From the NCBI GenBank assembly GCA_023205875.1, contig CP060756.1, forward strand, positions 558,001 through 622,000: a stretch of DNA of 64,000 bases, read 5' to 3'. This document shows, piece by piece, positions 44,401 through 55,160 of the stretch (position 1 is the stretch's first letter; each line of letters starts with the position of its first letter). The stretch comes from Chloropicon primus (taxonomy: Eukaryota). The translations under genes were made by a program, and so were the position numbers. A model generated the notes under the pieces. It saw only the letters and a list, made by a program, of their open reading frames with translations. It made no database searches and was not told the DNA's origin.

Positions 44401-45818
44401 TGCTCCTGCCTGGAAGGCTGGGACGGTGGCATAGACACGGTGGGCGGAGCCATTGGAGCGCTAGTCATCCCGTGAGGTGGTCTCATCATCTGGCCCATCT
44501 CAGGTTTCTGGTGATAAGCACCGCTAACAGCCATCTGGTGGTAAGGCATTCCTTGCTGAGGCACCCCAGCAGCAGACGAGGCGGGGTGCATGTGGGCAGA
44601 ATGCCCTGGAAGCTGACCAGGGGCCATTCCATTGATGGTCACTCTTTGCATCGGGCCAGACGTTGAGAGCATCTGGCCCGAGCTTGAGGGGGTTCCCGGG
44701 AAGCTCGCGTTCCTCATCAAGACTGGGGCCCCGTTACTCATCACTGGGCCATTCGATGGCATGGCCCCCCCACCGGGCATTGGCGACATCCTTGGTCCCC
44801 TCCCCCCTGCGGTATCTTTTGGGTCCTGCCTTCCTTGCTGATGCATTTGCATGTGGTGCTGCGCGTTTGGCGGCACGTCTTGCGGGTGAGGTCCGCCGGG
44901 CACGGGTTGGTGCCCGTAGCCTGGATGCATCGGCATCATCCCTGTTGGCATGTCCACGCTCTCGCTGCCTTGCCTCCCATCCCCGCTGCTCTGTGCTTGA
45001 GAAACCTGAGCCTGCTGCCTCATTGCCATGGGCATGCTCCTCCCTTGCATTTGGTGCCCCGCCATCGGCATAGAATGGTGAGAGGGCATCCGGAGCTGTG
45101 GATCCCCCATGCCTGGCATGCCCGCGGGCCCACCGTGAGGCACCCTCTGGCCGTACATGGCTTGCATCTGGGCATGCGAGGGGTGAGCACCAGAGCCTCC
45201 CTGACCTTGGCCTCTTCCGCTCGCACTTGGGTGCCCGTGGGGCGCCCCGCTCACGACGGGGTTTCCATTCGCACCCGAGTGGGATCCCGGCAGCCGTGAC
45301 CTTGACATCATACGCCTCGCGACACTCTGCAGCCTCTGCTCCAGATTGCTCACGTCCAAGTACTCCTCGAGGGAGTGCGCCGATTGGTAGAGCGCGGACT
45401 CCAGCCTCCTCACAAAGTCAGGCAGCTTCTTCTGCCACTCTTTTGCTATGTTGGGCCTGCGCTGCTGGAACAGCCTAATAATGTTATTGATGAGCTCCCG
45501 CCTGTGCGGGTAGTCCATCGGGGAGTGCCAGCTCATGCGGGGCTGGTGCGGCCCCGGGTGACCCCTCCCTGGGGGCACTTGGGACGCGTGTATGTGGGCC
45601 GCGTGCGCCTGGGCGTGGGCCTGGGCCTGGGCGTGGGCCTGAGCCTGGGCGTGGGCGTGCGCGGCCTGGGCTTGCACGTGGGCGGCCTGCTGAGCGTGCG
45701 CGGAGTGGGTGCCCCCCACCGCCTGCCCCGGGGGTCCGGGGACAGGATAGCTCCCCCGATTGCCGCCGTTCGGCACAGGGACCTGACCCTGGTAGTTGTC
45801 CGGCCTCGCTCCGTTCAT
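41442..45818 (-). CDS. CBP/p300-type histone acetyltransferase (HAC family)
   Basis: TAZ (WLLFLRHAHKC), PHD (WVQCDYC), HAT (YLSYLDSV, YIWACPP..GDDYIF, LPYFEGD), two ZZ fingers and a C-terminal TAZ. Confidence 0.95.
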   Translation of the reverse strand: MNGARPDNYQGQVPVPNGGNRGSYPVPGPPGQAVGGTHSAHAQQAAHVQAQAAHAHAQAQAHAQAQAHAQAHAAHIHASQVPPGRGHPGPHQPRMSWHSPMDYPHRRELINNIIRLFQQRRPNIAKEWQKKLPDFVRRLESALYQSAHSLEEYLDVSNLEQRLQSVARRMMSRSRLPGSHSGANGNPVVSGAPHGHPSASGRGQGQGGSGAHPSHAQMQAMYGQRVPHGGPAGMPGMGDPQLRMPSHHSMPMAGHQMQGRSMPMAMRQQAQVSQAQSSGDGRQGSESVDMPTGMMPMHPGYGHQPVPGGPHPQDVPPNAQHHMQMHQQGRQDPKDTAGGRGPRMSPMPGGGAMPSNGPVMSNGAPVLMRNASFPGTPSSSGQMLSTSGPMQRVTINGMAPGQLPGHSAHMHPASSAAGVPQQGMPYHQMAVSGAYHQKPEMGQMMRPPHGMTSAPMAPPTVSMPPSQPSRQEQHRMYIMKQIRWLLFLRHAHKCTEPEGKCSAGEHCVVARKLWKHIWTCTDPQCQYPRCVASRELLKHHQKCVDPRCPVCGPVREHIENQRNRQLAAEQYRLCHKSAAGTSSGSQKLQSMPPAAGMMAPYHSNSKPVVMMPPAVPPKRENMFDGAPSNKRVKTEQKIKAEYQKKKGKDEKNKSSQGTSLLECFSPQQIKDHLKSLKVETNTPQVTGKVAAADGAKAAAKTVDKTECCTACGAQNLLFEPPPLYCLNCNNRIKKGQIYWFSMIDINKHSVCSTCYKDHIKESLVVEGKNIPKSKLKKKKNEERLLEPWVQCDYCDAWVHQVCALFNKVRDEGGSGQYACPHCLVKKMEKGTIKQLSSRPQAMLEAKDLAKTKLSDFLEQRLTKCLTNERQVRATALGKKPSEVPTADGLTVRIVNSNDKVFSVLPNFYKHFEKDKIAGEMKYKSKILLLFQKVDGVDLCLFCMYVQEYDKDCGAPNTRRTYLSYLDSVRYFKPEGITAYGGDKNGRGDSLRTVVYQELIMGYLQYLKDRGFTSMYIWACPPLAGDDYIFYVHPQRQKTPKSDRLREWYLKMLRKAKDHKIVEKTSNLWDLFFEGGKDHRVDPCRALELPYFEGDYIPGALDEYLSKIYQEREEEKKASGKKSKKTFKGSSSRGKSKRTAMSESVDTQVMSRLGDQIKNMKEDFIMVHLQPSCSYCRKYILAPEKRFTCKTCPNFELCERCYKDDCGLDERSRHPTGSLAVHEFKETIGPEVKDTSDPDPSMECEIFETRQSFLSLCQGNHYQFDTFRRAKHSSMMVLYHLHNPTAPAFTSTCNICSREIEPGQGFRCSVCTDYDVCALCKNKPGFHHPHELKKQSGQVDARLSRISEEERRARQEQLRKTMQLLVHASSCQDKNCPHPSCFKVKMLFQHSLTCQTKATGGCQYCRRMWALLQLHAKSCTTPNCPVPRCRDLKQYRRYAQAQAEKRRRMHYHKMMKANK

Positions 45819-46744
45819 CTAGCCTCGTGTTCTAGTTTCTTGCGAGCAGACTCGTCGTCAGCCCTGCACAAGAATAAAATATGCAAAAGCAACACTGGCC
45901 TGGGTGTCCCGGATTCACTCCTTCTGCATCCCGGCCATCAAGTCCTAAAACCACCTAGAAGAGAATAGCAAAAGATCACACGGGGACGCCCTCCTCAAAA
46001 GGCCTTCCTGTTCACGCCCAGATTCTTTCCTTCTCGCGGGGACAAAAAAAACGCGTCAACAGACCCGCTCCACCCTTTCCCGGGGCCTCGGCCGGGTTCC
46101 TCGACGCAATCGGGGCACGACCTCCCTCGACGGACCCCGATCTGGCACCTCCGTGTCCTTTCCGCGCCCTTTCCTTGCACAAAAGAGCAAGAAAAGAAAA
46201 GAAAAGAACGAATCGACCAGGTTTCGCCTCCACGGTTACGGAAACATGAACGACCTCCGTCCGTTTTCCGTCAGGGGAGCGCGGGACTCGCCTCCGCGGT
46301 CACGGGAAGCCTCGAGGCGAACCCGTATTGCCGCAAAGATCGAGCGCAATGCCGAGGAAGAAACCTTTCCCTCCACGTGAGCTCCCTCCTCCCTCGAGAA
46401 CCAAAAAAAAAAAAAAGGAGAGAGAAAAGAAACGGAGAAAGAAAGAACAAAGGACGGAAACGAACTCCGCGAAGATGCCAACCCGTGAGTCGGCACTCTG
46501 TCTCTCTTTGCTCACGCGCTTGCCTCCCTCCAGCAACACGCGCGTGCTCCCACGACGTACGTACGTGCTTCTTTCTTTCCCTCCGTGCTCCGTGTCGAGG
46601 GTTGGGCCCCTCCAACTCTCGGCCTCTCCGGCTCTTCGTGGTTTCAACACAAATGGAGGGAAAAGGAACGCAACAAGGGATTTCTACGCTTTCCGAAGAA
46701 AAATGGATATGGTGTCATCCTCGAGGAGGCACAGATCTGCAGGG

Positions 46745-47951
46745 CTGCAGGGCATGGAGCCCAGGAGGCGCTTCGATGGCGCTTCGATGCTGGTCGATCG
46801 GAGCAAGGGATGCAGGTGGACAAGGTGTGCACGGACAGGCCTGGATCTATGTCCTTCTGTCTTTGGCTCTCTCTCTGTCTTTGGAATTGTGTGATTCTTA
46901 GGAGGAAAGGCGTTACCGAGAGAGGACGAGATATGGAATGGATCATCTGCAGGGCATGGAGCCCAGGAGGCGCTTCGATGGCGCTTCGATGCTGGTCGAT
47001 CGGAGCAAGGGATGCAGGAGGACAAGGTGTGCACGGACAGGCCTGGATCTATGTCCTTCTGTCTTTGGCTCTCTCTGTCTTTGGAATTGTGTGATTCTTA
47101 GGAGGAAAGGCGTTACCGAGAGAGGACGAGATATGGAATGGATCATCTGCAGGGCATGGAGCCCAGGAGGCGCTTCGATGGCGCTTCGATGCTGGTCGAT
47201 CGGAGCAAGGGATGCAGGTGGACAAGGTGTGCACGGACAGGCCTGGATCTATGTCCTTCTGTCTTTGGCTCTCTCTCTGTCTTTGGAATTGTGTGATTCT
47301 TAGGAGGAAAGGCGTTACCGAGAGAGGACGAGATATGGAATGGATCATCTGCAGGGCATGGAGCCCAGGAGGCGCTTCGATGGCGCTTCGATGCTGGTCG
47401 ATCGGAGCAAGGGATGCAGGAGGACAAGGTGTGCACGGACAGGCCTGGATCTATGTCCTTCTGTCTTTGGCTCTCTCTCTGTCTTTGGAATTGTGGGATT
47501 CTTAGGAGGAAAGGCGTTACCGAGAGAGGACGAGATATGGAATGGATCATCTGCAGGGCATGGAGCCCAGGAGGCGCTTCGATGGCGCTTCGATGCTGGT
47601 CGATCGGAGCAAGGGATGCAGGTGGACAAGGTGTGCACGGACAGGCCTGGATCTATGTCCTTCTGTCTTTGGCTCTCTCTCTGTCTTTGGAATTGTGTGA
47701 TTCTTAGGAGGAAAGGCGTTACCGAGAGAGGACGAGATATGGAATGGATCATCTGCAGGGCATGGAGCCCAGGAGGCGCTTCGATGGCGCTTCGATGCTG
47801 GTCGATCGGAGCAAGGGATGCAGGAGGACAAGGTGTGCACGGACAGGCCTGGATCTATGTCCTTCTGTCTTTGGCTCTCTCTCTGTCTTTGGAATTGTGG
47901 GATTCTTAGGAGGAAAGGCGTTACCGAGAGAGGACGAGATATGGAATGGAT
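46745..47951. repeat. Tandem array, 6 x ~202 bp
   Basis: Units start at 46745, 46947, 47147, 47349, 47551 and 47753 and are near-identical. Confidence 0.97.
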
Positions 47952-48137
47952 GAAGCCTTCGAAGCGAAAGGTGGATTCGATGAAGCTTTCTGTTTGATCG
48001 TTTCCTCGTGCCTTCGTCGTCTATGTTGTTGTGATATACTACTACTCTGTCTCTGGAGAGATGAAAAAAAAACAATTGTTGTGCGTGTTGTGCGTGTTTC
48101 CCATTTCCTTTCGAAACCTTCTTCTCCTCCTCCTCCC

Positions 48138-50606
48138 TCAAGCGGCGGCGACCTCCTCCTCGTAGTAGTAGTCCTCCCCCCCCGCGTAGTCCTCCGCCTC
48201 CTCGCCCCCCTCGTAGTCCAGCTTGGAGAGGTGGAAGGTGTGCTCCCCCCCCTCGTACGTGAAGTAACTTTGGCTGCTGACCTGCTGCTGCTGAGGCTTC
48301 TTGCTGGGCGTGCTCTGGGCGGAGAAGTTCAGCTTGGGCTGGAACGTGCACTCCCTCATCCTCTCCTCGTCGAGCCTGGTCCTGATCTGCTCGATGTGCT
48401 CCTTGTTCAGCACCTGGTCCCTGTAGAGGGACTCGAACACGGGGTAGCCCCCCCTCTCCCTCCTCTTCTTCGCCAGCTTTTGGGAGTACCCGTTGATCTT
48501 GGGGTGGAAGGTCTCCTCGGGGTGGGGATCCAAGATGCGGATGTCCGGCTGCAGGTAGTGCCTGTAGCACACGTTCATCTCCACGGCGTGCTCCATCAGG
48601 TAAGTGAACGTCTCCAGGTCGATGTCGTCCTTGAACTCCCCCGTGCTCTCCCTGGCGAACAGGAGGTCCCTCTGGATCTCGTTGCTGAAGCGCTCGAACT
48701 CCGGCAGAGCCCTCATCTCGTCCAGGTCGATCACGCCGTTCCCGTCCTTGTCCAGCAGGCCAAAGATCTCCTTGAAGCGTCTCGACTTCATGCGGGCAGT
48801 GAGCTTCTCGGACCGGTTCGTCGTGAACACCTGGTTGACCATCTCGTCCCTGATCTGCTCGTCCATCTCGTGCAAGAACTCCTTCTTGTCGTCGAACTCG
48901 TACCTCATCCCGTAGAGGTAGTTTCCTATCGGCAGCTTGGCCAAGTTCCTCTCGAATTGGGGCTTCCTCCCGATCTTGGGCTTGAACCACTTCTGGCCCG
49001 TCGTGTGGTCGACAGGCCTCTCCAGCTCCTCCTTCAAGTAGTGCAGCCGCCTCCTGGACTGGTCCCTGCGGGCATACAGCCTGTCGATGACGTCCGTGTA
49101 GTCCGAGTCGTCCACCTTGGCCCCCGAGACGCTGGGCTGGAAGGTCACGTGGTCCGGGAACCAGCACGCGTACCTCTCGAGCCTCCTCTGCTTCTGCTCC
49201 GCCTCCTGGTACAGCTGCTCGTGCAGAGGAATGCCGTGCTGGTTCATCGTCCTCGTTCTCTGCCCGACAATCTGCTTCGAGCGCTGGCTTATCTTTGGCT
49301 TAAAAGTACATTCCTCCATCTCTTGCATCTCTTTCTCCCTCCTCATTAGCTCCACCTTGGTGTTCTTGTGCTGGAAGGCCGGCTCGTAGAGCCTGGACCA
49401 AATCTCCTTCCTGTTCCCCGTGTGCGCCTTGTGGAAGTCCATGGTCGGCGGGACCCTGCTGATCTCCGGCCGGGCCCTCAAGGACTTCTTCAGCTTCTTC
49501 TCCTCGTCCTTCTTGTGCCTCATCTCCAGCTCGAGCTTCCTCTCCTTGTTCAAGATTCCCTCGACGTAAAGGCGCTCTCCGTAGTTCTCGTACTCCCCCG
49601 AGTTTCTGCCCAGGGTCATCTGCTGGCTCACCCACGACATGCCCTGCTTCTTCAACATGGCCTCCTTCCTCTTCTTGTGCTGCTCCTCCTCCAACGTGGT
49701 CTTCAGCTTGCTCTGCTTCTCCTTGGCTTGCTTGTGCAACCGCTCGTGGATGGGCACGGCATCCGGGTCGCTCGGGTGAGCCGTCTTTGGCCTCGGCTTG
49801 GGCTTCTCCGCGGTGGCGGCCCGGCTCGTGCTGGACTTGGCCGCAGCGCTGCCAGGCCTCGAGGACCTCCTCTTCTCCGGCGTGCTCTGGTTCGACCTCT
49901 GCTGGACCACCCGCGCGAGGTTCCCCTCGATGTGGGACATCAATGGACCCACCACGCGGTCAGGGAGCTTGTTCTTGGCGCAGAACTCCTTGGCCAGGGT
50001 AGCCGGGCTGTCCCCCTCCCGGATCTCTATGGCGTCCGAAAGGCCTTCCGCGATCTCGACGGTCATGACCAGGATGACTTCCCCGGTCTTCTTCTTCTCC
50101 GACGACGACGACGAAGGTTTCGTGGCGTCCGCCTTCTTCCTCGCCTTGGAACTGGAAGACGTCGTCGCGGCCTGGACCTTGGAGGCGTGGGACTTTGGGG
50201 AGCTCCGCGTGGGGGCCTTGGCCTTGGCGGCGTACCCGGACTTGGAAGGCTCCGCCGCGGCGGGGGCAGCCTTCTTCGCCGGGGCCTGACGCTGCTCCCG
50301 AGGTTGAGGCACCCCCGGAGGGGTGTCCGACCCCCCCGTCGCCGAGCTCGGCTCTCGACTCGGTGGGGGGGACAAGCTCACCTGCTGGGAGGGAGCCGCC
50401 TTCACCTTGTCCGGTGCCGCCGCAGTTCCCCCCGACGAATTGGAAGCCTCGTCTCCCTTGCTCGACACTCCCGAGGAAGCGGCCGGAGAGGGTGAGGTGT
50501 ACTTCTGGAGTCCCCCGTTTCCATTTCCTAGCTTGTCCTTCAGCGTCTGCTTGATATCCTTCTGGGCCTTGTAGTACCTCGCCAGCCTTTCCTCGACCGT
50601 CGACAT
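48138..50606 (-). CDS. EF-hand protein with ECTF.P.I-type repeats
   Basis: EF-hand loop DKDGNGVIDLDE; repeated CTFKPKI/TFQPSV/TFHPKI/CTFQPKL and ERLY motifs. Confidence 0.75.
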   Translation of the reverse strand: MSTVEERLARYYKAQKDIKQTLKDKLGNGNGGLQKYTSPSPAASSGVSSKGDEASNSSGGTAAAPDKVKAAPSQQVSLSPPPSREPSSATGGSDTPPGVPQPREQRQAPAKKAAPAAAEPSKSGYAAKAKAPTRSSPKSHASKVQAATTSSSSKARKKADATKPSSSSSEKKKTGEVILVMTVEIAEGLSDAIEIREGDSPATLAKEFCAKNKLPDRVVGPLMSHIEGNLARVVQQRSNQSTPEKRRSSRPGSAAAKSSTSRAATAEKPKPRPKTAHPSDPDAVPIHERLHKQAKEKQSKLKTTLEEEQHKKRKEAMLKKQGMSWVSQQMTLGRNSGEYENYGERLYVEGILNKERKLELEMRHKKDEEKKLKKSLRARPEISRVPPTMDFHKAHTGNRKEIWSRLYEPAFQHKNTKVELMRREKEMQEMEECTFKPKISQRSKQIVGQRTRTMNQHGIPLHEQLYQEAEQKQRRLERYACWFPDHVTFQPSVSGAKVDDSDYTDVIDRLYARRDQSRRRLHYLKEELERPVDHTTGQKWFKPKIGRKPQFERNLAKLPIGNYLYGMRYEFDDKKEFLHEMDEQIRDEMVNQVFTTNRSEKLTARMKSRRFKEIFGLLDKDGNGVIDLDEMRALPEFERFSNEIQRDLLFARESTGEFKDDIDLETFTYLMEHAVEMNVCYRHYLQPDIRILDPHPEETFHPKINGYSQKLAKKRRERGGYPVFESLYRDQVLNKEHIEQIRTRLDEERMRECTFQPKLNFSAQSTPSKKPQQQQVSSQSYFTYEGGEHTFHLSKLDYEGGEEAEDYAGGEDYYYEEEVAAA

Positions 50607-51124
50607 GATGCCCTTCTCCTCTTCTTCGCTTCGCAAAGGTTCTCTCTCAAAATGTCACACGAATGTTCACACAACAAGCAGGCACGTAGGGTCACTTCTC
50701 CAGGGACCTCGCAACAAGCTCACCCGCGACACGCATGTGTCCTCACGCAACAAAGATACGATCTTTACGACACACAACCTTCCCTTTCCCTCAGTTAGGG
50801 GCACATCAACGATGGCGACGACGATGGCCACAACTCAAAAGTCCCCAAGAGAGCAAGGCACGCACACCCTATATGCTCAATGCAAGCCCCTTGTTGTGTC
50901 AAGGAACACACACCTCCTTGAGCAAAGGGAAGAAGAAGCAAGAGCAAAGGCTTTGTTTCTTCCAATGGTGTACTCCCTCGAGTCTCCAGTCTCCTGAGCC
51001 AAAGACTCGGCGAGTCAATCTCCTCAATCTACCCCCAGTGAAACGCTGGGATGCGTGTGCTCCCCTCGGCTTTCTCGTCGCCGTTCTCTCGTCGCCGTTC
51101 AAGAAAACACACAAAAAAAGAATC

Positions 51125-51161
<37 letters not shown>

Positions 51162-51809
51162 ATTTGCACACTAAGTCGACCGTTGACAATACAAGTCTCT
51201 CAAACCACAGCACTGTGGCTTTTTTCCAATGGTTGGGGGCCTCGGTCGGAAATGTTCCACTCTATTTCAAATCTGAACACGGGCTCAGAACACCTTTCGC
51301 ACCTTGGCGAATGTAGAATTTAATTTTAGAAATGTTTCAGTACTCCGTACACCGTTTACTTCACACTTTACATCCCAAAAATCGCAAAAGGGCGAAAAGG
51401 GGTTTCGGTTTCACAGAGAGAGAGAGAGAGAGAGCGATCGCTGCTGTGGCGCGGCTGGCGGATTGGAGGAGGCCTCTGGGTGAGACACAGGAGAGCGGAG
51501 GGTGAAGGCCGTGAGTTACCTGAGGCGTGTGACGATCGACAAAGTTTTGTGCTTTGAGGGTTGAGGCCTGAAGCCTTGCGGAGGAACCCCCAGGAGCAGG
51601 TGGTTTCTGTTTCTTTGGGGCGGGGTTGGCTTAGGTTCTTCTTCTTTCTGGAATCAGTAAGGACCCATTTGCGCGTGGGCTTTGGATAAATTTTTTCTCC
51701 TCCGAAGGTGTTGGGCTCTTCATCGTCAGCACCGTATCGGCTGTCGTCGTCGTGTTCGTCGCCGGTCGCGGAGGGTTTTAGGGTTTAAAGGACGAGAAGT
51801 TGAACAAGG

Positions 51810-54269
51810 ATGAACGGGAACATGCGTGCGAGGGGCACAGCCCAAAGCAACAGTTATGGGAGTGTCCAGGAGGGAGGAGGAGGGGAGATGGGAATGGATT
51901 ACGGGATCGACTTGGAGATGGCGGGAGCGAGGCCAGGAAAGGCAGTGGCGTCGGACCTTTCGAAGATGAACCCACTGGCGAGGTGCGTGATTGCGATGGA
52001 CAAGAAAGTGTTGGGAATCTTCGTGGCAGTGTTCTACTGCGCGTTGTTTTTCTTGGGGCTCAAGACGTCGGGCATAGCCGCGTGCGTCCTGTTCATCTGC
52101 GCCGTCATGCTCTGCTTCAGCGTGTGGTTGGCTCGGTGGGTCATCTCGAGAGGCGAGGGGACCCCCCAAATGATCCAGGTGTCCAACGCGATCAGGGACG
52201 GGGCGGAGGGCTACTTCACGACCCAGTACGGGACGATTGGACAAATGTCTTTCGTCCTGACCTTTGTCATCTTCGGAGTGTACATGTTCAGGAGGGTCAC
52301 GCCCGAGCAGCAGCAGGCGGGAATGACGAGAACCGTTCTCGCTTTCTTGACCTCGCTGTCCTTCCTCCTGGGAGCCTTCTGCTCCGCGGTCGCGGGGTAC
52401 GTGGGCATGTGGGTCTCCGTGAGAGCCAACGTGCGCGTCGCGGGCGCCGCTAGGAGAAGCGCGAGCGAGGCCCTCCAGGTCGCCCTGAGAGCCGGGGGCT
52501 TCTCGGCCATGATCGTGGTCGGCATGACCGTCCTCGGCGTGTGCTCCCTGTTCTCGGCCTTCTGCGTCTTCTTTGGAGTTCACAACGGCTACGTTCCTAT
52601 CGACCAGATCCCTCTGCTCCTCGTTGGTTACGGTTTCGGCGCCTCGTTCGTCGCGCTGTTTGCCCAGCTGGGAGGTGGAATTTACACCAAGGCCGCGGAC
52701 GTCGGGGCTGACCTCGTCGGTAAGATTGAGCAGAACATTCCGGAGGATGACCCAAGAAACCCTGCCGTGATCGCGGACCTGGTGGGCGACAACGTCGGAG
52801 ACTGCGCTGCGAGGGGGGCAGACTTGTTCGAGTCCATTGCCGCAGAGATCATCAGTGCGATGATACTGGGAGGCACCATGGCGAAGCAGTCCAAGCTCCA
52901 AAACCCGATTGGCTTCATCATGTTCCCCCTAGTCGTGCACTCGCTTGACTTGGTTGTGAGCGCGGTCGGAATCATGTCCGTCAAGGGGCAAGCATCCAAG
53001 ACGAAGAGCTCTTATGACATCATGAAGGGCGGGTATTCCGTGTCCATCTTTTTGGCTGCGATCGGATTCATTATCACGTGCAGGACTTTGCTGTACGCGG
53101 AGTCTGCGCCTAATGCCTGGATGTACTTCTCTGCTTGCGGTTTCGTCGGCATTGCGTGCTCGTACTGCTTCGTATTTATTTCTCAGTACTACACTGATTA
53201 TAAGTACGCCCCGGTGAGAAAGATCGCTGACGCCAGCGCGACCGGCCACGGAACGAACATTATCGCCGGAGTTGGGGTAGGCATGGAGGCCACCGCGTTG
53301 CCTGTCATTGTCATCAGCATCGCTGTCACTGCCGCGTACTGGTTCGGGAAAATGTCTGGCCTGGAGGACGATCAAGGATACCCTACCGGTGGCCTGTTCG
53401 GCACGGCAGTGGCTTGCATGGGAATGCTGAGCACGGCCGCGTACGTCCTGACTATGGACATCTTCGGGCCCATTGCTGACAACGCCGGAGGTATTGTGGA
53501 AATGAGCGACGAGCCGGAGAGCGTGAGGGCGATCACAGACGAGCTTGACGCTGTTGGAAATACCACGAAGGCGACGACGAAAGGTTACGCCATTGGATCG
53601 GCGGCCCTCGCCGCTTTCTTGCTCTTCAGCGCTTACATGGATGAAGTGTCCGCGTTCAACGGGGAAAAGTTTGATATGGTGGACATTGCAATCCCAGAAG
53701 TGTGGATCGGTGGCCTGCTGGGTTCGATGCTCGTGTACTTGTTCTCGGCCTGGGCTTGCGCGGCGGTGGGCAACAGCGCTCAGGACGTCGTCATCGAGGT
53801 CAGGAGGCAGTTCCAAGAGAAGCCTGGTATCATGAACTATGAGGAGATGCCAGACTACGCCCGCTGCGTTTCGATTGTGGCCGCCTCTGCCTTGAAGGAG
53901 ATGAAGAAGCCTGGCCTCCTCGCTGTCGGGGCGCCAATCGCCGTGGGCGTGACGTTCAGGTTCTTCGGCCAGCTCACTGGCCAGACCATGCTTGGAGCCA
54001 AGGTGGTGGCCGGAATGATCATGTTCGCAACAGTTTCGGGAATATTAATGGCACTGTTCTTGAACACCGCTGGAGGAGCCTGGGACAATGCGAAGAAGTA
54101 TGTGGAGCTCGGGGCCCACGGGGGCAAGGGAAGCGAGGCCCACAAGGCGTCGATCACCGGGGATACTGTGGGAGATCCCTTCAAGGACACGGCTGGCCCA
54201 TCCATCCACGTTCTCATCAAGATGCTTGCAACAATCACCCTTGTCATGGCGCCACTTTTCCTTGACTGA
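51810..54269 (+). CDS. Membrane H+-translocating pyrophosphatase, type II (K+-independent, AVP2-like)
   Basis: DVGADLVGKIE, EDDPRNP, DLVGDNVGD, GNTTKATTKG (Lys variant), GDTVGDPFKD. Confidence 0.95.
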   Translation: MNGNMRARGTAQSNSYGSVQEGGGGEMGMDYGIDLEMAGARPGKAVASDLSKMNPLARCVIAMDKKVLGIFVAVFYCALFFLGLKTSGIAACVLFICAVMLCFSVWLARWVISRGEGTPQMIQVSNAIRDGAEGYFTTQYGTIGQMSFVLTFVIFGVYMFRRVTPEQQQAGMTRTVLAFLTSLSFLLGAFCSAVAGYVGMWVSVRANVRVAGAARRSASEALQVALRAGGFSAMIVVGMTVLGVCSLFSAFCVFFGVHNGYVPIDQIPLLLVGYGFGASFVALFAQLGGGIYTKAADVGADLVGKIEQNIPEDDPRNPAVIADLVGDNVGDCAARGADLFESIAAEIISAMILGGTMAKQSKLQNPIGFIMFPLVVHSLDLVVSAVGIMSVKGQASKTKSSYDIMKGGYSVSIFLAAIGFIITCRTLLYAESAPNAWMYFSACGFVGIACSYCFVFISQYYTDYKYAPVRKIADASATGHGTNIIAGVGVGMEATALPVIVISIAVTAAYWFGKMSGLEDDQGYPTGGLFGTAVACMGMLSTAAYVLTMDIFGPIADNAGGIVEMSDEPESVRAITDELDAVGNTTKATTKGYAIGSAALAAFLLFSAYMDEVSAFNGEKFDMVDIAIPEVWIGGLLGSMLVYLFSAWACAAVGNSAQDVVIEVRRQFQEKPGIMNYEEMPDYARCVSIVAASALKEMKKPGLLAVGAPIAVGVTFRFFGQLTGQTMLGAKVVAGMIMFATVSGILMALFLNTAGGAWDNAKKYVELGAHGGKGSEAHKASITGDTVGDPFKDTAGPSIHVLIKMLATITLVMAPLFLD

Positions 54270-54335
54270 GGGTTACGTTAAAGAAGAAGACTTGAGACGA
54301 CGGAGCTAATTCTTTGTCAAACATTTTAATTAACG

Positions 54336-55160
54336 CTAGTCGAGACCTGGTACGTACAGGAGGTTGATGTCCACGATGATCGGGGACTCCGCGGGGACTG
54401 CTGGCCGCCCCGGAGCCGAGGCGAGCCTCTGCTGGAAGGACAGCTCGCCAGGAACGTACAACCTCCTGAAGCCTCCGCTCCTCATTCCGAGAAGCCCCTC
54501 GTCTATGCCCTTGACCACGTTTCCGGACCCGACCCTGATGTCGGCCGGGTACCCGCCCTCAAGGGTACTGCTGATGACCCTGCCGTCCTGCAGCATGACC
54601 ACGTAGTTCACGACCACCTGGTACCCCACGGGGGGCTGCTCCCCGTCTCCCACGATCAGATCCTTGTACTTGAGGCCACTCCCGGTCTCGTTGACTTGAA
54701 TCTCGCCGAGAGGCTTCACGCAGACCTCGGGCCGGGCCGGGGGCGGCGGCGGGGCGGCCGCTTCGACCACTTCGGCCCCCTCCAACGCCTCCGCCGGGGC
54801 GGCGGGTTCCGCCGTGGTCTCCTGCGGCACGCCGCACCCAGGGACCTTCACCTCTATCTGGAAGGCCGGCTCCTGATCCGCCCTGGCCACCATCAAGGCC
54901 GCCGGCCCGAAGCCGGCGTCCGCGAGGCTCACAGCCGAAGCCAAAAGGCAGCCGCGGAGGAACGCCTCCCTCCTCCCAGCCCTCTTCCAGTCCAACAAGA
55001 AGCTGACCTCCCCCGCCTCGTCCCCTTCCCTCGCCACCGCGCGCGGCGCCCTCGCCACACCTCTGCGTCCCCTCTGACTCCTCCAACCCACCCCACGACC
55101 GACGTTACAGCCGTTACGCCACGAGGTACCCCTCCCTCCCTTCCCCACTGCGGTCTCCAT
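54336..55160 (-). CDS. Thylakoid-lumen FKBP peptidyl-prolyl isomerase (FKBP16-3-like)
   Basis: Twin-Arg signal (GRREAFL), SGLKYKDLIVGDG, GIDEGLLGMRSGG.RRLYVP, SAPGRP. Confidence 0.88.
   Translation of the reverse strand: METAVGKGGRGTSWRNGCNVGRGVGWRSQRGRRGVARAPRAVAREGDEAGEVSFLLDWKRAGRREAFLRGCLLASAVSLADAGFGPAALMVARADQEPAFQIEVKVPGCGVPQETTAEPAAPAEALEGAEVVEAAAPPPPPARPEVCVKPLGEIQVNETGSGLKYKDLIVGDGEQPPVGYQVVVNYVVMLQDGRVISSTLEGGYPADIRVGSGNVVKGIDEGLLGMRSGGFRRLYVPGELSFQQRLASAPGRPAVPAESPIIVDINLLYVPGLD

Noticed and set aside
46745..47951. Array as CRISPR or as protein-coding ORFs
   Set aside because: The units are full-length duplicates with no unique spacers and no cas genes nearby. The 202-bp period is not a multiple of 3, so the ORFs are artefacts.
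51773..51787. Telomere-like GGGTTTTAGGGTTTA
   Set aside because: Only about two degenerate units; at most a telo-box-like promoter element.
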